A program made the position numbers and the translations under genes. A model generated the notes under the pieces. The model was given only the letters and a program-made list of their open reading frames with translations, made no database searches and was not told the DNA's origin. This document shows positions 26,270 through 40,500 of a stretch of DNA of 64,000 nucleotides, piece after piece (position 1 is the first letter of the stretch; every line of letters begins with the position of its first letter). Origin of the DNA: Auanema rhodensis (taxonomy: Eukaryota; Animalia; Nematoda). The stretch covers positions 22,382,001 through 22,446,000 of the forward strand of contig OZ059896.1 in the NCBI GenBank assembly GCA_964057225.1, in the 5' to 3' direction.

Positions 26270-28370
26270 GAATAACAGTGTCCATCGTCTTTGCCTTGTA
26301 AAATGGAATCTAAAAACATCTACTTTTTGCTAAATTATTTTGAAATTTTTCGAAAAAATTTTTGTCAAAATGTTTTTGGAAGCAATGTTGAGTGTACATG
26401 GAAACTCAACATACACTAATGCATCATTTTTCAAACGATCATAACTAAATTTGTATTAAGCGTTTCTCAATGTAGTATAGTGCATTCGATGCGGATTTTT
26501 AAGCTGCGTCGATCTGTGTTATCAGATTTGCGCTAGCTTAAAAATGCACCGAGATATCAACTGATATAAGTTCACACTTATATCCTCGATTTTCACCCTG
26601 AAGAATTAATTTTTTCGTTGAATAACATTGTCCATCGTCTTTGCCTTGAATAAAGGAATCTAAAAACATCTACTTTTTGCTAAATTATTTTGAAATTTTT
26701 CGAAAAAATTTTTGTCAAAATGTTTTTGGAAGCAATGTTGAGTGTACATGGAAACTCAACATACACTAATGCATCATTTTTCAAACGATCATAACTAATT
26801 TTTGTATTAAGCGTTTCTCAATGTAGTATAGTGCATTCGATGCGGATTTTTAAGCTGCGTCGATCTGTGTTATCAGATTTGCGCTAGCTTAAAAATGCAC
26901 CGAGATATCAACTGATATAAGTTCACACTTATATACTCGATTTTCACCCTGAAGAATTTATTTTTTCGTTGAATAACACTGTCCATCGTCTTTGCCTTGA
27001 AAAATGGAATCTAAAAACATCTACTTTTTGCTAAATTATTTTGAAATTTTTCGAAAAAATTTTTGTCAAAATGTTTTTGGAAGCAATGTTGAGTGTACAT
27101 GGAAACTCAACATACACTAATGCATCATTTTTCAAACGATCATAACTAATTTTTGTATTAAGCGTTTCTCAATGTAGTATAGTGCATTCGATGCGAATTT
27201 TTAAGCTGCGTCGATCTGTGTTATCAGATTTGCGCTAGCTTAAAAATGCACCGAGATATCAACTGATATAAGTTCACACTTATATCCTCGATTTTCACCC
27301 TGAAGAAATAATTTTTCCGTTGAATAACAGTGTCCATCGTCTTTGCCTTGAAAAATGGAATCTAAAAACATCTACTTTTTGCTAAATTATTTTGAAATTT
27401 TTCGAAAAAATTTTTGTCAAAATGTTTTTGGAAGCAATGTTGAGTGTACATGGAAACTCAACATACACTAATGCATCATTTTTCAAACGATCATAACTAA
27501 ATTTGTATTAAGCGTTTCTCAATGTAGTATAGTGCATTCGATGCGGATTTTTAAGCTGCGTCGATCTGTGTTATCAGATTTGCGCTAGCTTAAAAATGCA
27601 CCGAGATATCAACTGATATAAGTTCACACTTATATCCTCGATTTTCACCCTGAAGAATTAATTTTTTCGTTGAATAACATTGTCCATCGTCTTTGCCTTG
27701 AATAAAGGAATCTAAAAACATCTACTTTTTGCTAAATTATTTTGAAATTTTTCGAAAAAATTTTTGTCAAAATGTTTTTGGAAGCAATGTTGAGTGTACA
27801 TGGAAACTCAACATACACTAATGCATCATTTTTCAAACGATCATAACTAATTTTTGTATTAAGCGTTTCTCAATGTAGTATAGTGCATTCGATGCGGATT
27901 TTTAAGCTGCGTCGATCTGTGTTATCAGATTTGCGCTAGCTTAAAAATGCACCGAGATATCAACTGATATAAGTTCACACTTATATACTCGATTTTCACC
28001 CTGAAGAATTTATTTTTTCGTTGAATAACACTGTCCATCGTCTTTGCCTTGAAAAATGGAATCTAAAAACATCAACTTTTTGCTAAATTATTTTGAAATT
28101 TTTCGAAAAAATTTTTGTCAAAATGTTTTTGGAAGCAATGTTGAGTGTACATGGAAACTCAACATACACTAATGCATCATTTTTCAAACGATCATAACTA
28201 ATTTTTGTATTAAGCGTTTCTCAATGTAGTATAGTGCATTCGATGCGAATTTTTAAGCTGCGTCGATCTGTGTTATCAGATTTGCGCTAGCTTAAAAATG
28301 CACCGAGATATCAACTGATATAAGTTCACACTTATATCCTCGATTTTCACCCTGAAGAATTAATTTTTTT
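26270..28370 (+). repeat. Local 3-mer duplication (1052 bp = 3x351-1)
   Basis: Marker pairs are AACAGTG at 26278/27330, the CTAAATTTG 1-bp deletion at ~26449/~27501, ATATACTCG at 26936/27988 and GCGAATTT at 27196/28248. Confidence 0.9.
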
Positions 28371-29059
28371 GTTGAATAACATTGTCCATCGTCTTTGCCT
28401 TGAATAAAGGAATCTAAAAACATCTACTTTTTGCTAAATTATTTTGAAATTTTTCGAAAAAATTTTTGTCAAAATGTTTTTGGAAGCAATGTTGAGTGTA
28501 CAGGGAAACTCAACATACACTAATGCATCATTTTTCAAACGATCATAACTAATTTTTGTATTAAGCGTTTCTCAATGTAGTATAGTGCATTCGATGCGGA
28601 TTTTTAAGCTGCGTCGATCTGTGTTATCAGATTTGCGCTAGCTTAAAAATGCACCGAGATATCAACTGATATAAGTTCACACTTATATCCTCGATTTTCA
28701 CCCTGAAGAATTAATTTTTACGTTGAATAACATTGTCCATCGTCTTTGCCTTGAATAAAGGAATCTAAAAACATCTGCTTTTTGCTAAATTATTTTGAAA
28801 TTTTTCGAAAAAATTTTTGTCAAAATGTTTTTGGAAGCAATGTTGAGTGTACATGGAAACTCAACATACACTAATGCATCATTTTTCAAACGATCATAAC
28901 TAATTTTTGTATTAAGCGTTTCTCAATGTAGTATAGTGCATTCGATGCGGATTTTTAAGCTGCGTCGATCTGTGTTATCAGATTTGCGCTAGCTTAAAAA
29001 TGCACCGAGATATCAACTGATATAAGTTCACACTTATATCCTCGATTTTCACCCTGAAG

Positions 29060-31500
29060 AATTAATTTTTTCGTTGAATAACATTGTCCATCGTCTTTGC
29101 CTTGAAAAATGGAATCTAAAAACATCTACTTTTTGCTAAATTATTTTGAAATTTTTCGAAAAAATTTTTGTCAAAATGTTTTTGGAAGCAATGTTGAGTG
29201 TACATGGAAACTCAACATACACTAATGCATCATTTTTCAAACGATCACAACTAATTTTTGTATCAAGCGTTTCTCAATGTAGTATAGTGCATTCGATGCG
29301 GATTTTTAAGCTGCGTCGATCTGTGTTATCAGATTTGCGCTAGCTTAAAAATGCACCGAGATATCAACTGATATAAGTTTACACTTATATCCTCGATTTT
29401 CACCCTGAAGAATTAATTTTTTCGTTGAATAACATTGTCCATCGTCTTTGCCTTGAATAAAGGAATCTAAAAACATCTACTTTTTGCTAAATTTATTTGA
29501 AATTTTTCGAAAAAATTTTTGTCAAAATGTTTTTGGAAGCAATGTTGAGTGTACATGGAAACTCAACATACACTAATGCATCATTTTTCAAACGATCATA
29601 ACTAATTTTTGTATTAAGCGTTTCTCAATGTAGTATAGTGCATTCGATGCGGATTTTTAAGCTGCGTCGATCTCTGTTATCAGATTTGCGCTAGCTTAAA
29701 AATGCACCGAGATATCAACTGATATAAGTTCACACTTATATCCTCGATTTTCACCCTGAAGGAATAATTTTTTCGTTGAATAACATTGTCCATCGTCTTT
29801 GCCTTGAAAAAAGGAATCTAAAAACATCTACTTTCGGCTAAATTATTTTGAAATTTTTCGAAAAAATTTTTGTCAAAATGTTTTTGGAAGCAATGTTGAG
29901 TGTACATGGAAACTCAACATACACTAATGCATCATTTTTCAAACGATCATAACTAATTTTTGTATTAAGCGTTTCTCAATGTAGTATAGTGCATTCGATG
30001 CGGATTTTTAAGCTGCGTCGATCTGTGTTATCAGATTTGCGCTAGCTTAAAAATGCACCGAGATATCAACTGATATAAGTTCACACTTATATCCTCGATT
30101 TTCACCCTGAAGAATTAATTTTTTCGTTGAATACCACTGTCCATCGTCTTTGCCTTGAAAAATGGAATCTAAAAACATCTACTTTTTGCTAAATTATTTT
30201 GAAATTTTTCGAAAAAATTTTTGTCAAAATGTTTTTGGAAGCAATGTTGAGTGTACATGGAAACTCAACATACACTAATGCATCATTTTTCAAACGATCA
30301 TAACTAATTTTTGTATTAAGCGTTTCTCAATGTAGTATAGTGCATTCGATGCGGATTTTTAAGCTGCGTCGATCTGTGTTATCAGATTTGCGCTAGCTTA
30401 AAAATGCACCGAGATATCAACTGATATAAGTTCACACTTATATCCTTGATTTTCACCCTGAAGAATTAATTTTTTCGTTGAATAACATTGTCCATCGTCT
30501 TTGCCTTGAAAAATGGAATCTAAAAACATCTACTTTTTGCTAAATTATTTTGAAATTTTTCGAAAAAATTTTTGTCAAAATGTTTTTGGAAGCAATGTTG
30601 AGTGTACATGGAAACTCAACATACACTAATGCATCATTTTTCAAACGATCACAACTAATTTTTGTATCAAGCGTTTCTCAATGTAGTATAGTGCATTCGA
30701 TGCGGATTTTTAAGCTGCGTCGATCTGTGTTATCAGATTTGCGCTAGCTTAAAAATGCACCGAGATATCAACTGATATAAGTTTACACTTATATTCTCGA
30801 TTTTCACCCTGAAGAATTAATTTTTTCGTTGAATAACATTGTCCATCGTCTTTGCCTTGAATAAAGGAATCTAAAAACATCTACTTTTTGCTAAATTTAT
30901 TTGAAATTTTTCGAAAAAATTTTTGTCAAAATGTTTTTGGAAGCAATGTTGAGTGTACATGGAAACTCAACATACACTAATGCATCATTTTTCAAACGAT
31001 CATAACTAATTTTTGTATTAAGCGTTTCTCAATGTAGTATAGTGCATTCGATGCGGATTTTTAAGCTGCGTCGATCTCTGTTATCAGATTTGCGCTAGCT
31101 TAAAAATGCACCGAGATATCAACTGATATAAGTTCACACTTATATCCTCGATTTTCACCCTGAAGGAATAATTTTTTCGTTGAATAACATTGTCCATCGT
31201 CTTTGCCTTGAAAAAAGGAATCTAAAAACATCTACTTTCGGCTAAATTATTTTGAAATTTTTCGAAAAAATTTTTGTCAAAATGTTTTTGGAAGCAATGT
31301 TGAGTGTACATGGAAACTCAACATACACTAATGCATCATTTTTCAAACGATCATAACTAATTTTTGTATTAAGCGTTTCTCAATGTAGTATAGTGCATTC
31401 GATGCGGATTTTTAAGCTGCGTCGATCTGTGTTATCAGATTTGCGCTAGCTTAAAAATGCACCGAGATATCAACTGATATAAGTTCACACTTATATCCTC
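29060..31500 (+). repeat. Local 4-mer duplication (1404 bp)
   Basis: ATCACAAC, AAGTTTACAC, AAATTTATTT and CTTTCGGCT each recur 1404 bp later. The same duplication explains the two identical ORFs at 29146 and 30550. Confidence 0.9.
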
Positions 31501-31599
31501 GATTTTCACCCTGAAGGAACAATTTTTTCGTTGAATAACATTGTCCATCGTCTTTGCCTTGAAAAAAGGAATCTAAAAACATCTACTTTCGGCTAAATT

Positions 31600-34500
31600 A
31601 TTTTGAAATTTTTCGAAAAAATTTTTGTCAAAATGTTTTTGGAAGCAATGTTGAGTGTACATGGAAACTCAAAATACACTAATGCATCATTTTTCAAACG
31701 ATCATAACTAATTTTTGTATCAAGCGTTTCTCAATGTAGTATAGTGCATTCGATGCGCATTTTTAAGCTGCGTCGATCTGTGTTATCAGATTTGCGCTAG
31801 CTTAAAAATGCACCGAGATATCAACTGATATAAGTTCACACTTATATCCTCGATTTTCACCCTGAAGAAATAATTTTTCCGTTGAATAACATTGTCCATC
31901 GTCTTTGCCTTGAAAAATGGAATCTAAAAACATCTACTTTTTGCTAAATTATTTTGAAATTTTTCGAAAAAATTTTTGTCAAAATGTTTTTGGAAGCAAT
32001 GTTGAGTGTACATGGAAACTCAACATACACTAATGCATCATTTTTCAAACGATCATAACTAATTTTTGTATTAAGCGTTTCTCAATGTAGTATAGTGCAT
32101 TCGATGCGGATTTTTAAGCTGCGTCGATCTCTGTTATCAGATTTGCGCTAGCTTAAAAATGCACCGAGATATCAACTGATATAAGTTCACACTTATATCT
32201 TCGATTTTCACCCTGAAGGAATAATTTTTTCGTTGAATAACATTGTCCATCGTCTTTGCCTTGAAAAAAGGAATCTAAAAACATCTACTTTTTGCTAAAT
32301 TATTTTGAAATTTTTCGAAAAAATTTTTGTCAAAATGTTTTTGGAAGCAATGTTGAGTGTACATGGAAACTCAACATACACTAATGCATCATTTTTCAAA
32401 CGATCATAACTAATTTTTGTATTAAGCGTTTCTCAATGTAGTATAGTGCATTCGATGCGGATTTTTAAGCTGCGTCGATCTGTGTTATCAGATTTGCGCT
32501 AGCTTAAAAATGCACCGAGATATCAACTGATATAAGTTCACACTTATATCCTCGATTTTCACCCTGAAGAATTAATTTTTTCGTTGAATAACATTGTCCA
32601 TCGTCTTTGCCTTGGAAAATGGAATCTAAAAACATCTACTTTTTGCTAAATTATTTTGAAATTTTTCGAAAAAATTTTTGTCAAAATGTTTTTGGAAGCA
32701 ATGTTGAGTGTACATGGAAACTCAACATACACTAATGCATCATTTTTCAAACGATCATAACTAATTTTTGTATCAAGCGTTTCTCAATGTAGTATAGTGC
32801 ATTCGATGCGCATTTTTAAGCTGCGTCGATCTGTGTTATCAGATTTGCGCTAGCTTAAAAATGCACCGAGATATCAACTGATATAAGTTCACACTTATAT
32901 CCTCGATTTTCACCCTGAAGAAATAATTTTTCCGTTGAATAACATTGTCCATCGTCTTTGCCTTGAAAAATGGAATCTAAAAACATCTACTTTTTGCTAA
33001 ATTATTTTGAAATTTTTCGAAAAAATTTTTGTCAAAATGTTTTTGGAAGCAATGTTGAGTGTACATGGAAACTCAACATACACTAATGCATCATTTTTCA
33101 AACGATCATAACTAATTTTTGTATTAAGCGTTTCTCAATGTAGTATAGTGCATTCGATGCGGATTTTTAAGCTGCGTCGATCTCTGTTATCAGATTTGCG
33201 CTAGCTTAAAAATGCACCGAGATATCAACTGATATAAGTTCACACTTATATCTTCGATTTTCACCCTGAAGGAATAATTTTTTCGTTGAATAACATTGTC
33301 CATCGTCTTTGCCTTGAAAAAAGGAATCTAAAAACATCTACTTTTTGCTAAATTATTTTGAAATTTTTCGAAAAAATTTTTGTCAAAATGTTTTTGGAAG
33401 CAATGTTGAGTGTACATGGAAACTCAACATACACTAATGCATCATTTTTCAAACGATCATAACTAATTTTTGTATCAAGCGTTTCTCAATGTAGTATAGT
33501 GCATTCGATGCGGATTTTTAAGCTGCGTCGATCTGTATTATCAGATTTGCGCTAGCTTAAAAATGCACCGAGATATCAACTGATATAAGTTCACACTTAT
33601 ATCCTCGATTTTCACCCTGAAGAATTAATTTTTTCGTTGAATAACATTGTCCATCGTCTTTGCCTTGAAAAATGGAATCTAAAAACATCTACTTTTTGCT
33701 AAATTATTTTGAAATTTTTCGAAAAAATTTTTGTCAAAATGTTTTTGGAAGCAATGTTGAGTGTACATGGAAACTCAACATACACTAATGCATCATTTTT
33801 CAAACGATCATAACTAATTTTTGTATCAAGCGTTTCTCAATGTAGTATAGTGCATTCGATGCGCATTTTTAAGCTGCGTCGATCTGTGTTATCAGATTTG
33901 CGCTAGCTTAAAAATGCACCGAGATATCAACTGATATAAGTTCACACTTATATCCTCGATTTTCACCCTGAAGAAATAATTTTTCCGTTGAATAACATTG
34001 TCCATCGTCTTTGCCTTGAAAAATGGAATCTAAAAACATCTACTTTTTGCTAAATTATTTTGAAATTTTTCGAAAAAATTTTTGTCAAAATGTTTTTGGA
34101 AGCAATGTTGAGTGTACATGGAAACTCAACATACACTAATGCATCATTTTTCAAACGATCATAACTAATTTTTGTATTAAGCGTTTCTCAATGTAGTATA
34201 GTGCATTCGATGCGGATTTTTAAGCTGCGTCGATCTCTGTTATCAGATTTGCGCTAGCTTAAAAATGCACCGAGATATCAACTGATATAAGTTCACACTT
34301 ATATCTTCGATTTTCACCCTGAAGGAATAATTTTTTCGTTGAATAACATTGTCCATCGTCTTTGCCTTGAAAAAAGGAATCTAAAAACATCTACTTTTTG
34401 CTAAATTATTTTGAAATTTTTCGAAAAAATTTTTGTCAAAATGTTTTTGGAAGCAATGTTGAGTGTACATGGAAACTCAACATACACTAATGCATCATTT

Positions 34501-37500
34501 TTCAAACGATCATAACTAATTTTTGTATCAAGCGTTTCTCAATGTAGTATAGTGCATTCGATGCGGATTTTTAAGCTGCGTCGATCTGTATTATCAGATT
34601 TGCGCTAGCTTAAAAATGCACCGAGATATCAACTGATATAAGTTCACACTTATATCCTCGATTTTCACCCTGAAGAATTAATTTTTTCGTTGAATAACAT
34701 TGTCCATCGTCTTTGCCTTGAATAAAGGAATCTAAAAACATCTACTTTTTGCTAAATTATTTTGAAATTTTTCGAAAAAATTTTTGTCAAAATGTTTTTG
34801 GAAGCAATGTTGAGTGTACATGGAAACTCAACATACACTAATGCATCATTTTTCAAACGATCATAACTAATTTTTGTATTAAGCGTTTTTCAATGTAGTA
34901 TAGTGCATTCGATGCGGATTTTTAAGCTGCGTCGATCTGTGTTATCAGATTTGCGCTAGCTTAAAAATGCACCAAGATATCAACTGATATAAGTTCACAC
35001 TTATATCCTCGATTTTCACCCTAAAGAATTAATTTTTTCGTTGAATAACATTGTCCATCGTCTTTGCCTTGAATAAAGGAATCTAAAAACATCTACTTTT
35101 TGCTAAATTATTTCGAAATTTTTCGAAAAAATTTTTGTCAAAATGTTTTTGGAAGCAATGTTGAGTGTACATGGAAACTCAACATACACTAATGCATCAT
35201 TTTTCAAACGATCATAACTAATTTTTGTATTAAGCGTTTCTCAATGTAGTATAGTGCATTCGATGCGGATTTTTAAGCTGCGTCGATCTGTGTTATCAGA
35301 TTTGCGCTAGCTTAAAAATGCACCGAGATATCAACTGATATAAGTTCACACTTATATCCTCGATTTTCACCCTGAAGAATTAATTTTTTCGTTGAATAAC
35401 ATTGTCCATCGTCTTTGCCTTGGAAAATGGAATCTAAAAACATCTACTTTTTGCTAAATTATTTTGAAATTTTTCGAAAAAATTTTTGTCAAAATGTTTT
35501 TGGAAGCAATGTTGAGTGTACATGGAAACTCAACATACACTAATGCATCATTTTTCAAACGATCATAACTAATTTTTGTATCAAGCGTTTCTCAATGTAG
35601 TATAGTGCATTCGATGCGCATTTTTAAGCTGCGTCGATCTGTGTTATCAGATTTGCGCTAGCTTAAAAATGCACCGAGATATCAACTGATATAAGTTCAC
35701 ACTTATATCCTCGATTTTCACCCTGAAGAAATAATTTTTCCGTTGAATAACATTGTCCATCGTCTTTGCCTTGAAAAATGGAATCTAAAAACATCTACTT
35801 TTTGCTAAATTATTTTGAAATTTTTCGAAAAAATTTTTGTCAAAATGTTTTTGGAAGCAATGTTGAGTGTACATGGAAACTCAACATACACTAATGCATC
35901 ATTTTTCAAACGATCATAACTAATTTTTGTATTAAGCGTTTCTCAATGTAGTATAGTGCATTCGATGCGGATTTTTAAGCTGCGTCGATCTCTGTTATCA
36001 GATTTGCGCTAGCTTAAAAATGCACCGAGATATCAACTGATATAAGTTCACACTTATATCTTCGATTTTCACCCTGAAGGAATAATTTTTTCGTTGAATA
36101 ACATTGTCCATCGTCTTTGCCTTGAAAAAAGGAATCTAAAAACATCTACTTTTTGCTAAATTATTTTGAAATTTTTCGAAAAAATTTTTGTCAAAATGTT
36201 TTTGGAAGCAATGTTGAGTGTACATGGAAACTCAACATACACTAATGCATCATTTTTCAAACGATCATAACTAATTTTTGTATCAAGCGTTTCTCAATGT
36301 AGTATAGTGCATTCGATGCGGATTTTTAAGCTGCGTCGATCTGTATTATCAGATTTGCGCTAGCTTAAAAATGCACCGAGATATCAACTGATATAAGTTC
36401 ACACTTATATCCTCGATTTTCACCCTGAAGAATTAATTTTTTCGTTGAATAACATTGTCCATCGTCTTTGCCTTGAAAAATGGAATCTAAAAACATCTAC
36501 TTTTTGCTAAATTATTTTGAAATTTTTCGAAAAAATTTTTTTCAAAATGTTTTTGGAAGCAATGTTGAGTGTACATGGAAACTCAACATACACTAATGCA
36601 TCATTTTTCAAACGATCATAACTAATTTTTGTATCAAGCGTTTCTCAATGTAGTATAGTGCATTCGATGCGCATTTTTAAGCTGCGTCGATCTGTGTTAT
36701 CAGATTTGCGCTAGCTTAAAAATGCACCGAGATATCAACTGATATAAGTTCACACTTATATCCTCGATTTTCACCCTGAAGAAATAATTTTTCCGTTGAA
36801 TAACATTGTCCATCGTCTTTGCCTTGAAAAATGGAATCTAAAAACATCTACTTTTTGCTAAATTATTTTGAAATTTTTCGAAAAAATTTTTGTCAAAATG
36901 TTTTTGGAAGCAATGTTGAGTGTACATGGAAACTCAACATACACTAATGCATCATTTTTCAAACGATCATAACTAATTTTTGTATTAAGCGTTTCTCAAT
37001 GTAGTATAGTGCATTCGATGCGGATTTTTAAGCTGCGTCGATCTCTGTTATCAGATTTGCGCTAGCTTAAAAATGCACCGAGATATCAACTGATATAAGT
37101 TCACACTTATATCTTCGATTTTCACCCTGAAGGAATAATTTTTTCGTTGAATAACATTGTCCATCGTCTTTGCCTTGAAAAAAGGAATCTAAAAACATCT
37201 ACTTTTTGCTAAATTATTTTGAAATTTTTCGAAAAAATTTTTGTCAAAATGTTTTTGGAAGCAATGTTGAGTGTACATGGAAACTCAACATACACTAATG
37301 CATCATTTTTCAAACGATCATAACTAATTTTTGTATCAAGCGTTTCTCAATGTAGTATAGTGCATTCGATGCGGATTTTTAAGCTGCGTCGATCTGTATT
37401 ATCAGATTTGCGCTAGCTTAAAAATGCACCGAGATATCAACTGATATAAGTTCACACTTATATCCTCGATTTTCACCCTGAAGAATTAATTTTTTCGTTG

Positions 37501-40500
37501 AATAACATTGTCCATCGTCTTTGCCTTGAATAAAGGAATCTAAAAACATCTACTTTTTGCTAAATTATTTTGAAATTTTTCGAAAAAATTTTTGTCAAAA
37601 TGTTTTTGGAAGCAATGTTGAGTGTACATGGAAACTCAACATACACTAATGCATCATTTTTCAAACGATCATAACTAATTTTTGTATTAAGCGTTTTTCA
37701 ATGTAGTATAGTGCATTCGATGCGGATTTTTAAGCTGCGTCGATCTGTGTTATCAGATTTGCGCTAGCTTAAAAATGCACCAAGATATCAACTGATATAA
37801 GTTCACACTTATATCCTCGATTTTCACCCTAAAGAATTAATTTTTTCGTTGAATAACATTGTCCATCGTCTTTGCCTTGAATAAAGGAATCTAGAAACAT
37901 CTACTTTTTGCTAAATTATTTCGAAATTTTTCGAAAAAATTTTTGTCAAAATGTTTTTGGAAGCAATGTTGAGTGTACATGGAAACTCAACATACACTAA
38001 TGCATCATTTTTCAAACGATCATAACTAATTTTTGTATTAAGCGTTTCTCAATGTAGTATAGTGCATTCAATGCGGATTTTTAAGCTGCGTCGATCTGTG
38101 TTATCAGATTTGCGCTAGCTTGAAAATGCACCGAGATATCAACTGATATAAGTTCACACTTATATCCTCGATTTTCACCCTGAAGAATTAATTTTTTCGT
38201 TGAATAACACTGTCCATCGTCTTTGCCTTGAAAAATGGAATCTAAAAACATCTACTTTTTGCTAAATTATTTTGAAATTTTTCGAAAAAATTTTTGTCAA
38301 AATGTTTTTGGAAGCAATGTTGAGTGTACATGGAAACTCAACATACACTAATGCATCATTTTTCAAACGATCATAACTAATTTTTGTATTAAGCGTTTTT
38401 CAATGTAGTATAGTGCATTCGATGCGGATTTTTAAGCTGCGTCGATCTGTGTTATCAGATTTGCGCTAGCTTAAAAATGCACCAAGATATCAACTGATAT
38501 AAGTTCACACTTATATCCTCGATTTTCACCCTAAAGAATTAATTTTTTCGTTGAATAACATTGTCCATCGTCTTTGCCTTGAATAAAGGAATCTAAAAAC
38601 ATCTACTTTTTGCTAAATTATTTCGAAATTTTTCGAAAAAATTTTTGTCAAAATGTTTTTGGAAGCAATGTTGAGTGTACATGGAAACTCAACATACACT
38701 AATGCATCATTTTTCAAACGATCATAACTAATTTTTGTATCAAGCGTTTCTCAATGTAGTATAGTGCATTCGATGCGGATTTTTAAGCTGCGTCGATCTG
38801 TATTATCAGATTTGCGCTAGCTTAAAAATGCACCGAGATATCAACTGATATAAGTTCACACTTATATCCTCGATTTTCACCCTGAAGAATTAATTTTTTC
38901 GTTGAATAACATTGTCCATCGTCTTTGCCTTGAAAAATGGAATCTAAAAACATCTACTTTTTGCTAAATTATTTTGAAATTTTTCGAAAAAATTTTTGTC
39001 AAAATGTTTTTGGAAGCAATGTTGAGTGTACATGGAAACTCAACATACACTAATGCATCATTTTTCAAACGATCATAACTAATTTTTGTATCAAGCGTTT
39101 CTCAATGTAGTATAGTGCATTCGATGCGGATTTTTAAGCTGCGTCGATCTGTATTATCAGATTTGCGCTAGCTTAAAAATGCACCGAGATATCAACTGAT
39201 ATAAGTTCACACTTATATCCTCGATTTTCACCCTGAAGAATTAATTTTTTCGTTGAATAACATTGTCCATCGTCTTTGCCTTGAAAAATGGAATCTAAAA
39301 ACATCTACTTTTTGCTAAATTATTTTGAAATTTTTCGAAAAAATTTTTTTCAAAATGTTTTTGGAAGCAATGTTGAGTGTACATGGAAACTCAACATACA
39401 CTAATGCATCATTTTTCAAACGATCATAACTAATTTTTGTATCAAGCGTTTCTCAATGTAGTATAGTGCATTCGATGCGCATTTTTAAGCTGCGTCGATC
39501 TGTGTTATCAGATTTGCGCTAGCTTAAAAATGCACCGAGATATCAACTGATATAAGTTCACACTTATATCCTCGATTTTCACCCTGAAGAAATAATTTTT
39601 CCGTTGAATAACATTGTCCATCGTCTTTGCCTTGAAAAATGGAATCTAAAAACATCTACTTTTTGCTAAATTATTTTGAAATTTTTCGAAAAAATTTTTG
39701 TCAAAATGTTTTTGGAAGCAATGTTGAGTGTACATGGAAACTCAACATACACTAATGCATCATTTTTCAAACGATCATAACTAATTTTTGTATTAAGCGT
39801 TTCTCAATGTAGTATAGTGCATTCGATGCGGATTTTTAAGCTGCGTCGATCTCTGTTATCAGATTTGCGCTAGCTTAAAAATGCACCGAGATATCAACTG
39901 ATATAAGTTCACACTTATATCTTCGATTTTCACCCTGAAGGAATAATTTTTTCGTTGAATAACATTGTCCATCGTCTTTGCCTTGAAAAAAGGAATCTAA
40001 AAACATCTACTTTTTGCTAAATTATTTTGAAATTTTTCGAAAAAATTTTTGTCAAAATGTTTTTGGAAGCAATGTTGAGTGTACATGGAAACTCAACATA
40101 CACTAATGCATCATTTTTCAAACGATCATAACTAATTTTTGTATCAAGCGTTTCTCAATGTAGTATAGTGCATTCGATGCGGATTTTTAAGCTGCGTCGA
40201 TCTGTATTATCAGATTTGCGCTAGCTTAAAAATGCACCGAGATATCAACTGATATAAGTTCACACTTATATCCTCGATTTTCACCCTGAAGAATTAATTT
40301 TTTCGTTGAATAACATTGTCCATCGTCTTTGCCTTGAATAAAGGAATCTAAAAACATCTACTTTTTGCTAAATTATTTTGAAATTTTTCGAAAAAATTTT
40401 TGTCAAAATGTTTTTGGAAGCAATGTTGAGTGTACATGGAAACTCAACATACACTAATGCATCATTTTTCAAACGATCATAACTAATTTTTGTATTAAGC

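Noticed and set aside
29146-29343. 65-aa ORF on the + strand
   Set aside because: It exists only because the consensus TCATAA stop is TCACAA in this monomer. It has a TTG start and no recognisable domain, and almost all other monomers keep the stop.
30550-30747. Identical second 65-aa ORF
   Set aside because: It is a copy made by the local 1404-bp 4-mer duplication and is not evidence of coding conservation.
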